From: Candidatus Methylomirabilia bacterium
GTDB taxonomy: Bacteria > Methylomirabilota > Methylomirabilia > Rokubacteriales > CSP1-6
Direction: 5' to 3'
Length of the DNA: 64,000 bases
Assembly: GCA_041496385.1 (NCBI GenBank)
Contig: JBGQEL010000011.1
Location: 13,181-77,180, forward strand
This document shows positions 54,278-62,642 of the stretch, piece after piece (the first letter of the stretch is position 1; every line of letters begins with the position of its first letter). Made by a program: the position numbers and the translations under genes. The notes under the pieces were generated by a model, which ran no database searches, was not told the origin of the DNA, and saw only the letters and a program-made list of their open reading frames with translations.

Positions 54278-55080
54278 CCCTCCGCGACCGGCTGGCGGCG
54301 CTCCACGCGGGCGCGTCGCGCCGCCGGATCAAGGAGTGGCTCGAGGGCTCGCGGGTGCGCGTCAACGGTGCGGTCATCCGCCGCGGCGACGTCGCCGTCG
54401 GCGCGGGTGACCGCGTCGAGCTCGCCGCGCCGCCGCCGCCCCCGTTTCCGGCGCTGCTCGCGCTGATCCACGAGGACGAGGAGATTCTCGTCGTGGACAA
54501 GCCCGCCGGGCTCCTGACGATCGCGACCGAGCGGGAGCGCCAGCGCACGGCCTACCACCTGCTGACGCGCTACGCCGGCGATCGTATCTTCATCGTCCAC
54601 CGGCTCGACCGCGAGACCTCGGGGCTCCTCGTGTTCGCGAAGTCACCGGGGGCCAAGCGGAAGCTCCAGGCGCAGTTCGCGGCGCGGGCCCCGGAGCGCG
54701 TGTACGTGGCGGTCGTCGAGGGCGGCGTGCGAGAGGCCCAGGGAGCGCTCCGCGCGCGGCTCGACACGGACGGCGCGCTCCGCGTGAGGGCCACGCGCGA
54801 TCCCCGCCGCGGCAAGGAGGCGCTCACCCGCTACCGGGTGCTCGCGCGAGGCCGCGAGACCACGCTCCTCGAGGTCACACTCGTCACGGGGCGGCGCGGC
54901 CAGATCCGGGCACAGCTCGCGGACGCCGGCCATCCGATCGTCGGCGACGCCACCTATGGAAGCCGACGGGACCCGCTGCGGCGCGTCTGCCTGCACGCGA
55001 CGCGACTCGCGTTCGTCCACCCGAGCGGGCGGCGGATGACGTTCGACAGCCCGGTGCCGCCGACCTTTCGCCGGGTCTAG
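54274..55080 (+). CDS. RluA family pseudouridine synthase with S4 domain
   Basis: VVDKPAGL, VHRLDRETSGL, HPIVGD, LHA; TTG start overlaps the upstream stop. Confidence 0.92.
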   Translation: MTLRDRLAALHAGASRRRIKEWLEGSRVRVNGAVIRRGDVAVGAGDRVELAAPPPPPFPALLALIHEDEEILVVDKPAGLLTIATERERQRTAYHLLTRYAGDRIFIVHRLDRETSGLLVFAKSPGAKRKLQAQFAARAPERVYVAVVEGGVREAQGALRARLDTDGALRVRATRDPRRGKEALTRYRVLARGRETTLLEVTLVTGRRGQIRAQLADAGHPIVGDATYGSRRDPLRRVCLHATRLAFVHPSGRRMTFDSPVPPTFRRV

Positions 55081-55451
55081 GAGGGGATCAGGAGGGCCAG
55101 TCCCGTGAGCGCCGCGCCGAGGAGTGCGGCCTCCACGTGGACCTCACGCCCCTGGCGCTTGAGCTGGGCGACGAGGACGGGGTCGGTCAGCGCCTCCTCG
55201 CCACCGTCGAGGTCGCGCGCGCCGCGCGCGGCGAGCCGCACTCAGGTGCCGCCCCGGGCCTGGAACACGCCGAGCGCGCCGGCCCAGAACGGGACGAAGA
55301 GCACCGCGCGCCAGCCCCGGTCCCCGCCCGTGAGGACGAGCGCGGCGAGCACGACGGCGCCGATCCCCAGCATGACCGCGCCGCTGAGCACGCGGCGTCG
55401 CCGGCCCTGGGGCCCGATGTTCTCGACGCGCGCGGCGCTCGCGGGGCTCAC
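55077..55451 (-). CDS. Candidate selenoprotein: 124-aa membrane protein with in-frame UGA at codon 70
   Basis: ...GVFQARGGT-TGA(55244-55242)-VRLAARGARDLDGGEE...LALLIPS*; SECIS-like hairpin follows the UGA. Confidence 0.7.
55214..55230 (-). promoter_or_regulatory. Candidate bacterial SECIS hairpin
   Basis: CGCGCGC-GGC-GCGCGCG, beginning after an 11-nt spacer following the UGA; loop starts with GG. Confidence 0.5.
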
Positions 55452-55458
55452 GGCCGGC

Positions 55459-55902
55459 CTAGTCCCCGAGGAGGACGAAGTCGATCTCGATGCTCGACTG
55501 GCCGGACGCCGGATAGATCTGCGTGACGAGCGTGCGGTGGCCAGGCGCGCTCACACGCACGTGGACGTGCGGTGGCCGCCCCGGATAGCGGGCGGGGAAG
55601 CTCGTCTCGTAGCGGTAGCGGCCGCCGGCGGCGCGCTGGCTCGCGCGGTGCTCGCGATCGTACTCGCCCCGCGGATTCGCGGACCACCACTCGATCCGCG
55701 CCGCGGGCAGTGGCGCGCAGGCCGTCACCGAGCGGACGGTGCCCGCGATCACGAGGCCGCGGCCCGTCGCGGCGCGCTCCGGAGCGTCGGGCTCGTAGAA
55801 CGGCCCGAGCATGTCGGGCTTCGTCGGTGCGCAGGCCGCCTGCGCCGCGGCGGTGTCCGGCGCGAGGAGCAGCAGCGCGAGAACGGCGAGCGCGGGAAGC
55901 AC
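55459..55902 (-). CDS. Secreted intradiol ring-cleavage dioxygenase-like protein
   Basis: Signal peptide, GPFY, EWWSANPRGEY, YPGRPPHVHVRV, LVTQIY (Tyr/Tyr/His/His iron ligands). Confidence 0.82.
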   Translation of the reverse strand: MLPALAVLALLLLAPDTAAAQAACAPTKPDMLGPFYEPDAPERAATGRGLVIAGTVRSVTACAPLPAARIEWWSANPRGEYDREHRASQRAAGGRYRYETSFPARYPGRPPHVHVRVSAPGHRTLVTQIYPASGQSSIEIDFVLLGD

Positions 55903-55937
55903 GGGCCAATGCTATCATTTCCCGCGCGCGAGAGCGT

Positions 55938-56729
55938 ATGGGCGACACCGAACGGATCCCGACTGCCGCCGCCGAGCTCGCCGCGACCATCGCGCAGCTC
56001 GCGGGTGGCCTCGCGCTCGCCGAGGAGCCGTCGGGCTTCGTCGCGGCGCTCGAGAGCGATCCCGACGCGCGCACGGCGGTCGCCCGTCTCCGGGAGGCCG
56101 GCGCCGTCACGCTCGGCAAGCTCAACATGACGGAACTCGCGCTCGGTCCCTTCGGCGACAACGCCCACCACGGCGACGTGCAGAACCCGTGGAAGCGCGG
56201 CCACGTGGCAGGTGGCTCCTCGAGCGGCTCCGCCGCGGCGGTGGCGGCGGGCTTCGTCGCCGGCGCGATGCTCGCGCGTACGGTGACGGACGCGGCGTTG
56301 CTGCTCGGTGTCATCGCGGGCCACGACCCGCGCGACGCCACGTCGAGCCGGCGGGGCGTGCCGTACGACGAGCGGGTGCTCCAGACGCCGATCGAGGGCC
56401 TCCGCGTCGGGATCGCCGAGAATTACTACGTCGATGGTCTCGACCCGGAGATGGAGGCGGGTGTCCGCGCGGCGGCGGCGCACGCCCTCGCGGGGCTCGG
56501 CGCCGAGGTGGCGCCGCCCCGCGTGCCCGACCCCGGACCGCTGATCGAGGTCTGCAACGTCATCACGCGCTCCGAGTCCTCGGCGATCCATGCGGCGCCC
56601 GTGCGCGACGGCCGGCCGCTCGCCGTCCAGCTCGTGGGCCGCCCGTTCGACGAGGCGACGGCGCTCCGGCTCGGCCACGCCTACGAGCAGGCGGCCGGCT
56701 GGACATCGCGCCGTCCGGCACTCGCCTGA
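55938..56729 (+). pseudogene. Amidase-signature protein remnant with internal in-frame deletions
   Basis: GKLNMTE, NPW, GGSSSGSAAAV and QLVGRPFDE kept; LKD and GSDTGGSIR segments missing; only 263 aa. Confidence 0.75.
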
Positions 56730-56746
56730 TTCCCGCGGGCGCGCCC

Positions 56747-57550
56747 GTGGAGCCGCAGCCGGTCGCGCCGCCGCGCCTGTGGCCGGTCTTTCTCGCCTAC
56801 GCCGTCGCGTTCGTCTGCATCGTGGCGCTCTCGATCGTGGCGGCCGGGATCCTCAAGGGTCTCTACCCCGAGACGCCGGACCGCGCGCTCTTCGATGGGC
56901 TGCCCGGGCTCCTCGCCGGCGGCATCGCCTCCTCGCTGGCCCTCGTGCTGACGGTCCTCGCGTTCAACCGTCCCTTCGAGCCGTTGCTCCTCCGCCTGAC
57001 CCCGGGCTGGGAGACGGGCCGCATGCTCTTCGTGATGCTCGTGGGCATGCTCGCGCTGGGACAGGCGCTCGACTCGTTGACGCTGCTGATCGGCCTCGGG
57101 CAAAAGAGCGCGATGGTCGCGATCCGGACCGCGCTGGCCGGCGCCGCCGGACCCGAGCTGTTCTTCGCGGTGGTCGTCATCGGTGTGCTGGCGGGCAGCA
57201 CCGAGGAGATCTTCTTCCGCGGCTACATGCAGACGCGTCTGGGCCAGCGGCTCCGCCCGGAGCTCGCGGTGCTCGTGACGAGCGCGGCCTTCGGCCTCCT
57301 CCACCTCGAATGGATCCACGCGGCGCTCGCGTTCGCGCTCGGCCTGTATCTCGGCTGGATCACCGAGCTCGCCGGCAGCGCGCTGCCCGCCGTCGCCTCC
57401 CACGTGATCAACAACGCGCTCTTCACGGTGCTGACCGCGCTCCTCGGCACCGTCGAGGCGCCGGGAACGAACGCCGTCCTCCTCGCGGCCAGCGCGCTCG
57501 CCTTCGCGTGCTGCATCCTGTGGTTGCGCCGCGCCCGGAACAGGCTGTAG
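56747..57550 (+). CDS. CPBP (CAAX prenyl protease-like/Abi) intramembrane metalloprotease
   Basis: EEIFFRGY, FGLLH, SHVINN; multiple TMs. Confidence 0.88.
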   Translation: MEPQPVAPPRLWPVFLAYAVAFVCIVALSIVAAGILKGLYPETPDRALFDGLPGLLAGGIASSLALVLTVLAFNRPFEPLLLRLTPGWETGRMLFVMLVGMLALGQALDSLTLLIGLGQKSAMVAIRTALAGAAGPELFFAVVVIGVLAGSTEEIFFRGYMQTRLGQRLRPELAVLVTSAAFGLLHLEWIHAALAFALGLYLGWITELAGSALPAVASHVINNALFTVLTALLGTVEAPGTNAVLLAASALAFACCILWLRRARNRL

Positions 57551-57561
57551 GCTCGGCATCC

Positions 57562-58326
57562 GTGAGCGACAGGCTCGTGGAGTTGCTTCTCGCGGCGCGG
57601 GAGCATCACCGGCCCGCCGCGCCGCCCAGCGAGACGCGGGCCCTCGCCCCCGTGGACGCGTACGCGGTGCAGGACCGCCTGCGCGAGTCGCTGGTCGCGC
57701 GCGGCGAGCGCGTCGTCGGCTGGAAGGCGGGCTTCACCAACAAGGCCACGCAGACCATGTTTGCCACGGACGCGCCCGTCTGCGCGTTCCTGCTGGCCTC
57801 CGGCGTCTTTCCGAGTCGCGCGGAGGTGCCGGCATCGCGGTTCGTGACCCTCGTCGTGGAGGCCGAGGTCGCCTTCGTGATGAAGGCGGACCTCGCGGGC
57901 CCCGGCGTGACGCCGGCGCGGGCGCTGCTCGCCGTGGCGGGGGCGCTGCCCGCGCTCGAGCTGGTGGACTTCCGCTACACCGGCAAGCCGGTGGCCACCG
58001 ACCTGATCGCCGACGGCGTCTACGCCAATGCGATCGTCGTCGGCGCGCCCATGACGGACGTCTCCCAGATGGATCTCTCGGTCGAGGGCCTCGTCTACGA
58101 GCTGAACGGCACGGTCGCCGCCACCAACGCGGCGGCCGAGGTGATGGGCAACCCGCTCAACTCGCTGGCGTGGATCGCGAACCACCTGGGCGCCCGCGGT
58201 CTCGGGCTCAGCGCGGGCGATCTTGTCATGTCGGGCTCCATCTCGCAGCTGCTGCGCCCGAAGTCCGGCGACGTCGTGCGGGCAACCTTCACGCGGCTCG
58301 GCTCCGTCGGATTCCGGGTTGTCTGA
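57562..58326 (+). CDS. 2-keto-4-pentenoate hydratase-like FAH superfamily protein
   Basis: AYAVQ, GWKAGFT, VEAEVAF, ALELVD, GNPLNSLAW, VMSGS. Confidence 0.85.
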   Translation: MSDRLVELLLAAREHHRPAAPPSETRALAPVDAYAVQDRLRESLVARGERVVGWKAGFTNKATQTMFATDAPVCAFLLASGVFPSRAEVPASRFVTLVVEAEVAFVMKADLAGPGVTPARALLAVAGALPALELVDFRYTGKPVATDLIADGVYANAIVVGAPMTDVSQMDLSVEGLVYELNGTVAATNAAAEVMGNPLNSLAWIANHLGARGLGLSAGDLVMSGSISQLLRPKSGDVVRATFTRLGSVGFRVV

Positions 58327-58333
58327 GACGGGC

Positions 58334-59116
58334 GTGAGCGTCAAGGGTCAGGTGATCGTCATCACCGGCGCGGGGGGCGGCATCGGCCGCGCGGTCGCGC
58401 TCGCCTTCGCGGCCGAGGGCGCGGATCTCGTCCTCGGCGACCTGGCCGGCACCGTCGACGCGGTCGCCGACGAGGCACGTCGCGCGGGCGCCCGGGCCGT
58501 GGCCCAGCGCGGTGACGTGCGGCACGCGGCCGACATGGCCGGGCTGGCCGCCCGCGCCGTGACGGAGTTCGGCGGTCTCCACGTGCTCGTGACATGCGCC
58601 GGTCTCGGCACGAGCGGCCTCCTCGCGGAGCAGGACGAGGGCGCGTGGACGCGGGTCGTCGACGTCAACCTGAACGGCACTTACCGCGCGATCCGCGCGG
58701 CGCTGCCGCAGATGATGGCGCGGAAGCGCGGACGCATCGTCACGATCTCCTCCGTCCTCGGCCGGATGGGCGGCCACGGCTTCGTCACGGCTTACGCGGC
58801 GTCCAAGCACGGCGTCATCGGCCTCACGCGCGCGCTCGCCTGCGAGCTCGGCAGCCAGGGATACCCGGGGATCACGGTCAACGCGATCTGCCCGGGCTAC
58901 GTGCGCGCCGGCATGGGCGTCGCCACGCAGTCCACCAAGGCGGGGCCGCTGTCCGGCGAGGAGATCTTCGACCGCTACTACAAGCGGCAGGTGCCGCAGC
59001 GGCGCATGATGGAAGCCGTGGAGATCGCCCACGCCGCGCTGTTCCTGGCGCTCCCGGCGTCGGCCGGCATCACCGGCCAGGCGCTGAACGTGGACGGCGG
59101 CTTTGTCATGTCGTGA
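58334..59116 (+). CDS. Short-chain dehydrogenase/reductase
   Basis: TGAGGGIG, YAASK, VNAICPG, NVDGG. Confidence 0.92.
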   Translation: MSVKGQVIVITGAGGGIGRAVALAFAAEGADLVLGDLAGTVDAVADEARRAGARAVAQRGDVRHAADMAGLAARAVTEFGGLHVLVTCAGLGTSGLLAEQDEGAWTRVVDVNLNGTYRAIRAALPQMMARKRGRIVTISSVLGRMGGHGFVTAYAASKHGVIGLTRALACELGSQGYPGITVNAICPGYVRAGMGVATQSTKAGPLSGEEIFDRYYKRQVPQRRMMEAVEIAHAALFLALPASAGITGQALNVDGGFVMS

Positions 59117-59691
59117 TGACGCTCGACGAGCTCGTCGGCCTGACCCGCGAACGGCTCGCCGTCCGCCGGCGCCGCGAGGTGCCGCCCGGGCCGCTCGTCC
59201 AGGCCGCCGTACTCGTGCCCCTCGTCGAGCGCGGCGGGCCTCACCTCGTCTTCGCCAAGCGCACGGAGCGCGTCGGCACGCACAAGGGCCAGATCTCGTT
59301 TCCCGGCGGCACGCTCGACCCGGCCGACCTCTCGCTCCTCGACACGGCGCTGCGCGAGTCGGAGGAGGAGGTCGGCCTGCCGCGGCGGATGGTCGAGCCG
59401 CTCGGGGCGCTCGACGACACCGAGACCGTCGCGACCCGCTACGTCATCACCCCCTGGGTCGCCGTGATCCGCGAGCCCGTCGTCTGGCGGCCGGACGGCG
59501 AGGAGATCGAGCGGGTCATCGAGGTCCCGTTCGCGGCGCTCGTGGATCCGGCCAACGCCCGCGTCGAGCACTGGGAGCGCGGCGGCGTCCCGCGCGAGAT
59601 GTACTTCTACGACTGGGCGGGTGAGACGATCTGGGGCGCTACCGCGCGCATCGTCAAGGACTACCTCGACCTGGTGACGGGAGCCCCATGA
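59116..59691 (+). CDS. Nudix CoA pyrophosphatase (NudL/PCD1-like)
   Basis: AAVLVPL, HKGQISFPGG, ALRESEEEVG, IWGATA. Confidence 0.9.
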   Translation: MTLDELVGLTRERLAVRRRREVPPGPLVQAAVLVPLVERGGPHLVFAKRTERVGTHKGQISFPGGTLDPADLSLLDTALRESEEEVGLPRRMVEPLGALDDTETVATRYVITPWVAVIREPVVWRPDGEEIERVIEVPFAALVDPANARVEHWERGGVPREMYFYDWAGETIWGATARIVKDYLDLVTGAP

Positions 59692-60470
59692 ATCACGAGA
59701 CGCTGCTGACCTCGCTCGAGGAGGGCGTCGCGCGCATCGTCCTGAACCGGCCCGAGGTGCGGAACGCGCTCTCGCAGACGCTCGTGCGCGAGCTCGAGAG
59801 CGCGCTGGCGGCGTTCGAGGCGGACCCCGCCGCGCGCGTCGTCGTCCTCTCGGGCGCCGGGGACAAGGCGTTCTGCGCCGGCGCCGACCTGAAGGGAGCG
59901 GGCGACCGGGGCACGACGCTCCAGGCGCGCGAGTCCTTCGGCGGGCTGCCGCGCATCCTCGAGGCGATCGCGCGCATGAAGACGCCGGTCATCGCCCAGG
60001 TCCACGGCTGGGCGCTCGCGGGTGGCTGCGGCCTCGCCGTCGGCTGCGACCTGGTGGTTGCCTCGGAGGACGCGCAGTTCGGCCTGCCCGAGATCAAGAT
60101 CGGCGTGCTGCCGCTGATCGTGATGGCGCCCATCCTGAGAGCCGCCGGGCGCAAGCGCGGGCTCCGTATGGTGCTCACGGGGGAGCCCGTGTCGGCGCGC
60201 GAGGCGCTCGAGATGGGCCTCGTGAGCCTGGTCGTGCCGCGCGCGGAGCTCGAGACGAGGACGACCGCGCTCGCCCGGACGATCGCGTCGTTCAGCCCGG
60301 CGGCCGTCGGCATCGCGAAGGAGGCGGCCGCCACGATCGAGGACCTGGACTACGTGAAGGCGCTGCGGTACCTGCGCGAGCTGACCACGCTCGTCTTCCT
60401 GTCCGACGACGCGAGGGAGGGCATCGCTGCGTTCTTCGAGAAGCGACCGCCCGAGTGGAAGGGACGGTAG
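59688..60470 (+). CDS. Enoyl-CoA hydratase/isomerase
   Basis: LNRPEVRNAL, AFCAGADL, AGGCGL, FGLPE, AFFEKRPP. Confidence 0.92.
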   Translation: MNHETLLTSLEEGVARIVLNRPEVRNALSQTLVRELESALAAFEADPAARVVVLSGAGDKAFCAGADLKGAGDRGTTLQARESFGGLPRILEAIARMKTPVIAQVHGWALAGGCGLAVGCDLVVASEDAQFGLPEIKIGVLPLIVMAPILRAAGRKRGLRMVLTGEPVSAREALEMGLVSLVVPRAELETRTTALARTIASFSPAAVGIAKEAAATIEDLDYVKALRYLRELTTLVFLSDDAREGIAAFFEKRPPEWKGR

Positions 60471-60643
60471 ACCGCCCGGCGTCGCCGGCCGGGCTCTGCG
60501 GAGCCTGCCGTCACGCGCAGTCGGTCACGTCGGCGCGGGGCTCGACGTTCGTGCTGTGTCGGCTCAGCGTGACCGACGCGCGCTTCCCGAAGTACCCGCG
60601 CCTGCCGGTCGTCCGCTGCGCGGGCCTGACGCCGAAGACCTGA
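60455..60643 (+). CDS. Small Cys-rich hypothetical protein
   Basis: GLCGAC...FVLC...FPKYPRLPVVRC, four Cys. Confidence 0.65.
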   Translation: MEGTVDRPASPAGLCGACRHAQSVTSARGSTFVLCRLSVTDARFPKYPRLPVVRCAGLTPKT

Positions 60644-60668
60644 CGGCGCGCGAACGCCGGCCCGAGGG

Positions 60669-61631
60669 TCACGGCCACCAGAGATAGAGGAAGCGTGGGC
60701 CCGCCCCGAGCACGGTCGCGAGCTGCGCCAGCGGCGCCTCGGGCCCCGCGACCGACGTCTGGGCGTGCGCGTAGTAGGTCGCGCGATACTCGCGCGGCCG
60801 GTGGTAGACGATGACCCGCGCCTCGGTCACACCGGCCGCGCGGCGCGCCGCCTCGATTGCGTCCGGCATGTAGCCGATCCGGTCCACGAGCCCGAGCTCG
60901 AGTGCCTGCTGGGCCGTGTAGATCCGCCCATCCGCGACGGCCCGGGCCGCGCCGAGCGGCAGCTTCCGGCCCTCGGCGAGCTTCGCGACGAACTGGGTGT
61001 GCAGGCCGTCGATCACCGACTGGAAGATCTTCCGCTCCTCGTCGGTGAGCGTGCGGAACGGGCTTCCCATGTCCTTGCGCTCGCCGGACTTGATCGTCGC
61101 CGCCGCCAGACCGATCTTCTGGAGCAGGCCCTCCGCGTTCAGCGTGATCATGATGACGCCGATGGACCCGGTGACCGAGGTCGGGTGGGCGACGATCGTG
61201 TCCGCGGCCAGCGCGACGTAGAAGCCGCCCGACGCCGCGACGTCGAGCATCACCGCGACGATGGGCCGCCCGGTCGCGCGCTTCCATGCCTCGAGCTCCC
61301 GATGGATGATGTCGGACGCCGTCACCGTCCCCCCGGGGCTGTTGATGCGCACGAGCAGCGCCCGGACGTCAGGATCGTCCGCCGCCTTCGTGAGCTCCTC
61401 GCGCAGACGGACGAGCAGCGGCACCCGCGGCGGTGGGGTGCCGATGACGATGCCCGGCGATGGGCCCTCGTCGGACAGGAAGCCGGAGACGTCGAGCAGG
61501 AGGATCTTCGCGCGACCGGAGCCCTCGACCGTCTGCTCCTCGAGGGGACGGATGCGGGGGCTCAGGTCCAGGGAGATCAGGGAACAGCCGGCAAGCGCCA
61601 GCGCCAGCAGGAGGACGACGATCGTTCGCAT
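60669..61631 (-). CDS. sppA: Signal peptide peptidase SppA (S49), lipoprotein
   Basis: Lipobox LAGC, INSPGG, AASGGFY, TGSIGV, DGRIYTA; start ATG 61631. Confidence 0.9.
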   Translation of the reverse strand: MRTIVVLLLALALAGCSLISLDLSPRIRPLEEQTVEGSGRAKILLLDVSGFLSDEGPSPGIVIGTPPPRVPLLVRLREELTKAADDPDVRALLVRINSPGGTVTASDIIHRELEAWKRATGRPIVAVMLDVAASGGFYVALAADTIVAHPTSVTGSIGVIMITLNAEGLLQKIGLAAATIKSGERKDMGSPFRTLTDEERKIFQSVIDGLHTQFVAKLAEGRKLPLGAARAVADGRIYTAQQALELGLVDRIGYMPDAIEAARRAAGVTEARVIVYHRPREYRATYYAHAQTSVAGPEAPLAQLATVLGAGPRFLYLWWP

Positions 61632-61656
61632 GCCATGAGTATATAATCCGGCCGTC

Positions 61657-62631
61657 GTGTCCGCCGCGGTCCCGCTCACGATCGACACCGTCAACGCCGC
61701 CGCGCGCCGGCTGCTCGGGAGCATCCACCGCACGCCCGTCGTCTCGTGCCAGTCGTTCGACGACGCCTGCGGCCACAGCGTGTTCTTCAAGTGCGAGGGG
61801 CTGCAGCGCGCGGGCGCGTTCAAGATCCGCGGCGCGCTCAACAAGCTCCTCTCGCTCTCGCCCGCGGAACGCGCGCGGGGGGTGGTGGCCTACTCCTCGG
61901 GGAACCACGCGCAGGGCGTGGCGCTGGCCGCCCGCATGACGGGGACGACCGCGATCATCTGCATGCCCGACGACGCGCCCGCCCTCAAGCTCGAGGCGAC
62001 CCGCGGCTACGGCGCCGAGGTCGTCTTCTACGATCGTCTGAGCGACGATCGGGCGGCGGTCGCCCAGCGTCTCGTGGACGAGACCGGCCGCGTCCTGGTG
62101 CCGCCCTACGACGACTACGCGGTCATGGCCGGGCAGGGCACGGCGGCGCTGGAGTTCCTCCAGGACGTGCCCTCGCTCGACGCGCTCGTGACCCCGGTGG
62201 GCGGCGGTGGGCTGATGGCGGGCTGCAGCACGGTCGCGAGGACCCTCTTTCCGGGGATGGCGGTGGTCGGCGTCGAGGCGGACACGGCGAACGACACCTA
62301 CCTCTCGCTCCGGAAGGGGGAGCGAGTCACGATCCCGCCGCCGCCGACGATCGCGGACGGCATCCGCGTCACGAGCCCTGGCGCGCTCACGTTCCCGATC
62401 CTCCAGAAGAACCTGACGGACCTGTGCCTCGTGACCGACGAGGAGATCGTCGCGACGGTCCGCTTCCTCGCGCTCCGCGCGCGGATCGTGGTCGAGCCGA
62501 CGGGCGCGGTGGGCGCGGCGGCCGTGCTCCACGGGAAGCTCGCCGTGCCGCGCGGCTCACGGGTGGGCGTGGTGCTCTCGGGAGGCAACATCGACCCGGA
62601 GCTGCTCATCCGGATCCTCCAGACCGCGTAG
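61657..62631 (+). CDS. PLP-dependent threonine/serine dehydratase family (serine racemase-like)
   Basis: GAFKIRGA, SSGNHAQG, VGGGGL, EPTGA, LSGGN. Confidence 0.9.
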   Translation: MSAAVPLTIDTVNAAARRLLGSIHRTPVVSCQSFDDACGHSVFFKCEGLQRAGAFKIRGALNKLLSLSPAERARGVVAYSSGNHAQGVALAARMTGTTAIICMPDDAPALKLEATRGYGAEVVFYDRLSDDRAAVAQRLVDETGRVLVPPYDDYAVMAGQGTAALEFLQDVPSLDALVTPVGGGGLMAGCSTVARTLFPGMAVVGVEADTANDTYLSLRKGERVTIPPPPTIADGIRVTSPGALTFPILQKNLTDLCLVTDEEIVATVRFLALRARIVVEPTGAVGAAAVLHGKLAVPRGSRVGVVLSGGNIDPELLIRILQTA

Positions 62632-62642
62632 CACCCGGCCGC

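Noticed and set aside
55105..56130. Plus-strand ORFs 55105-56130 and 55137-55526
   Set aside because: Shadows of the minus-strand dioxygenase-like and UGA-containing genes, which have the motifs and codon bias.
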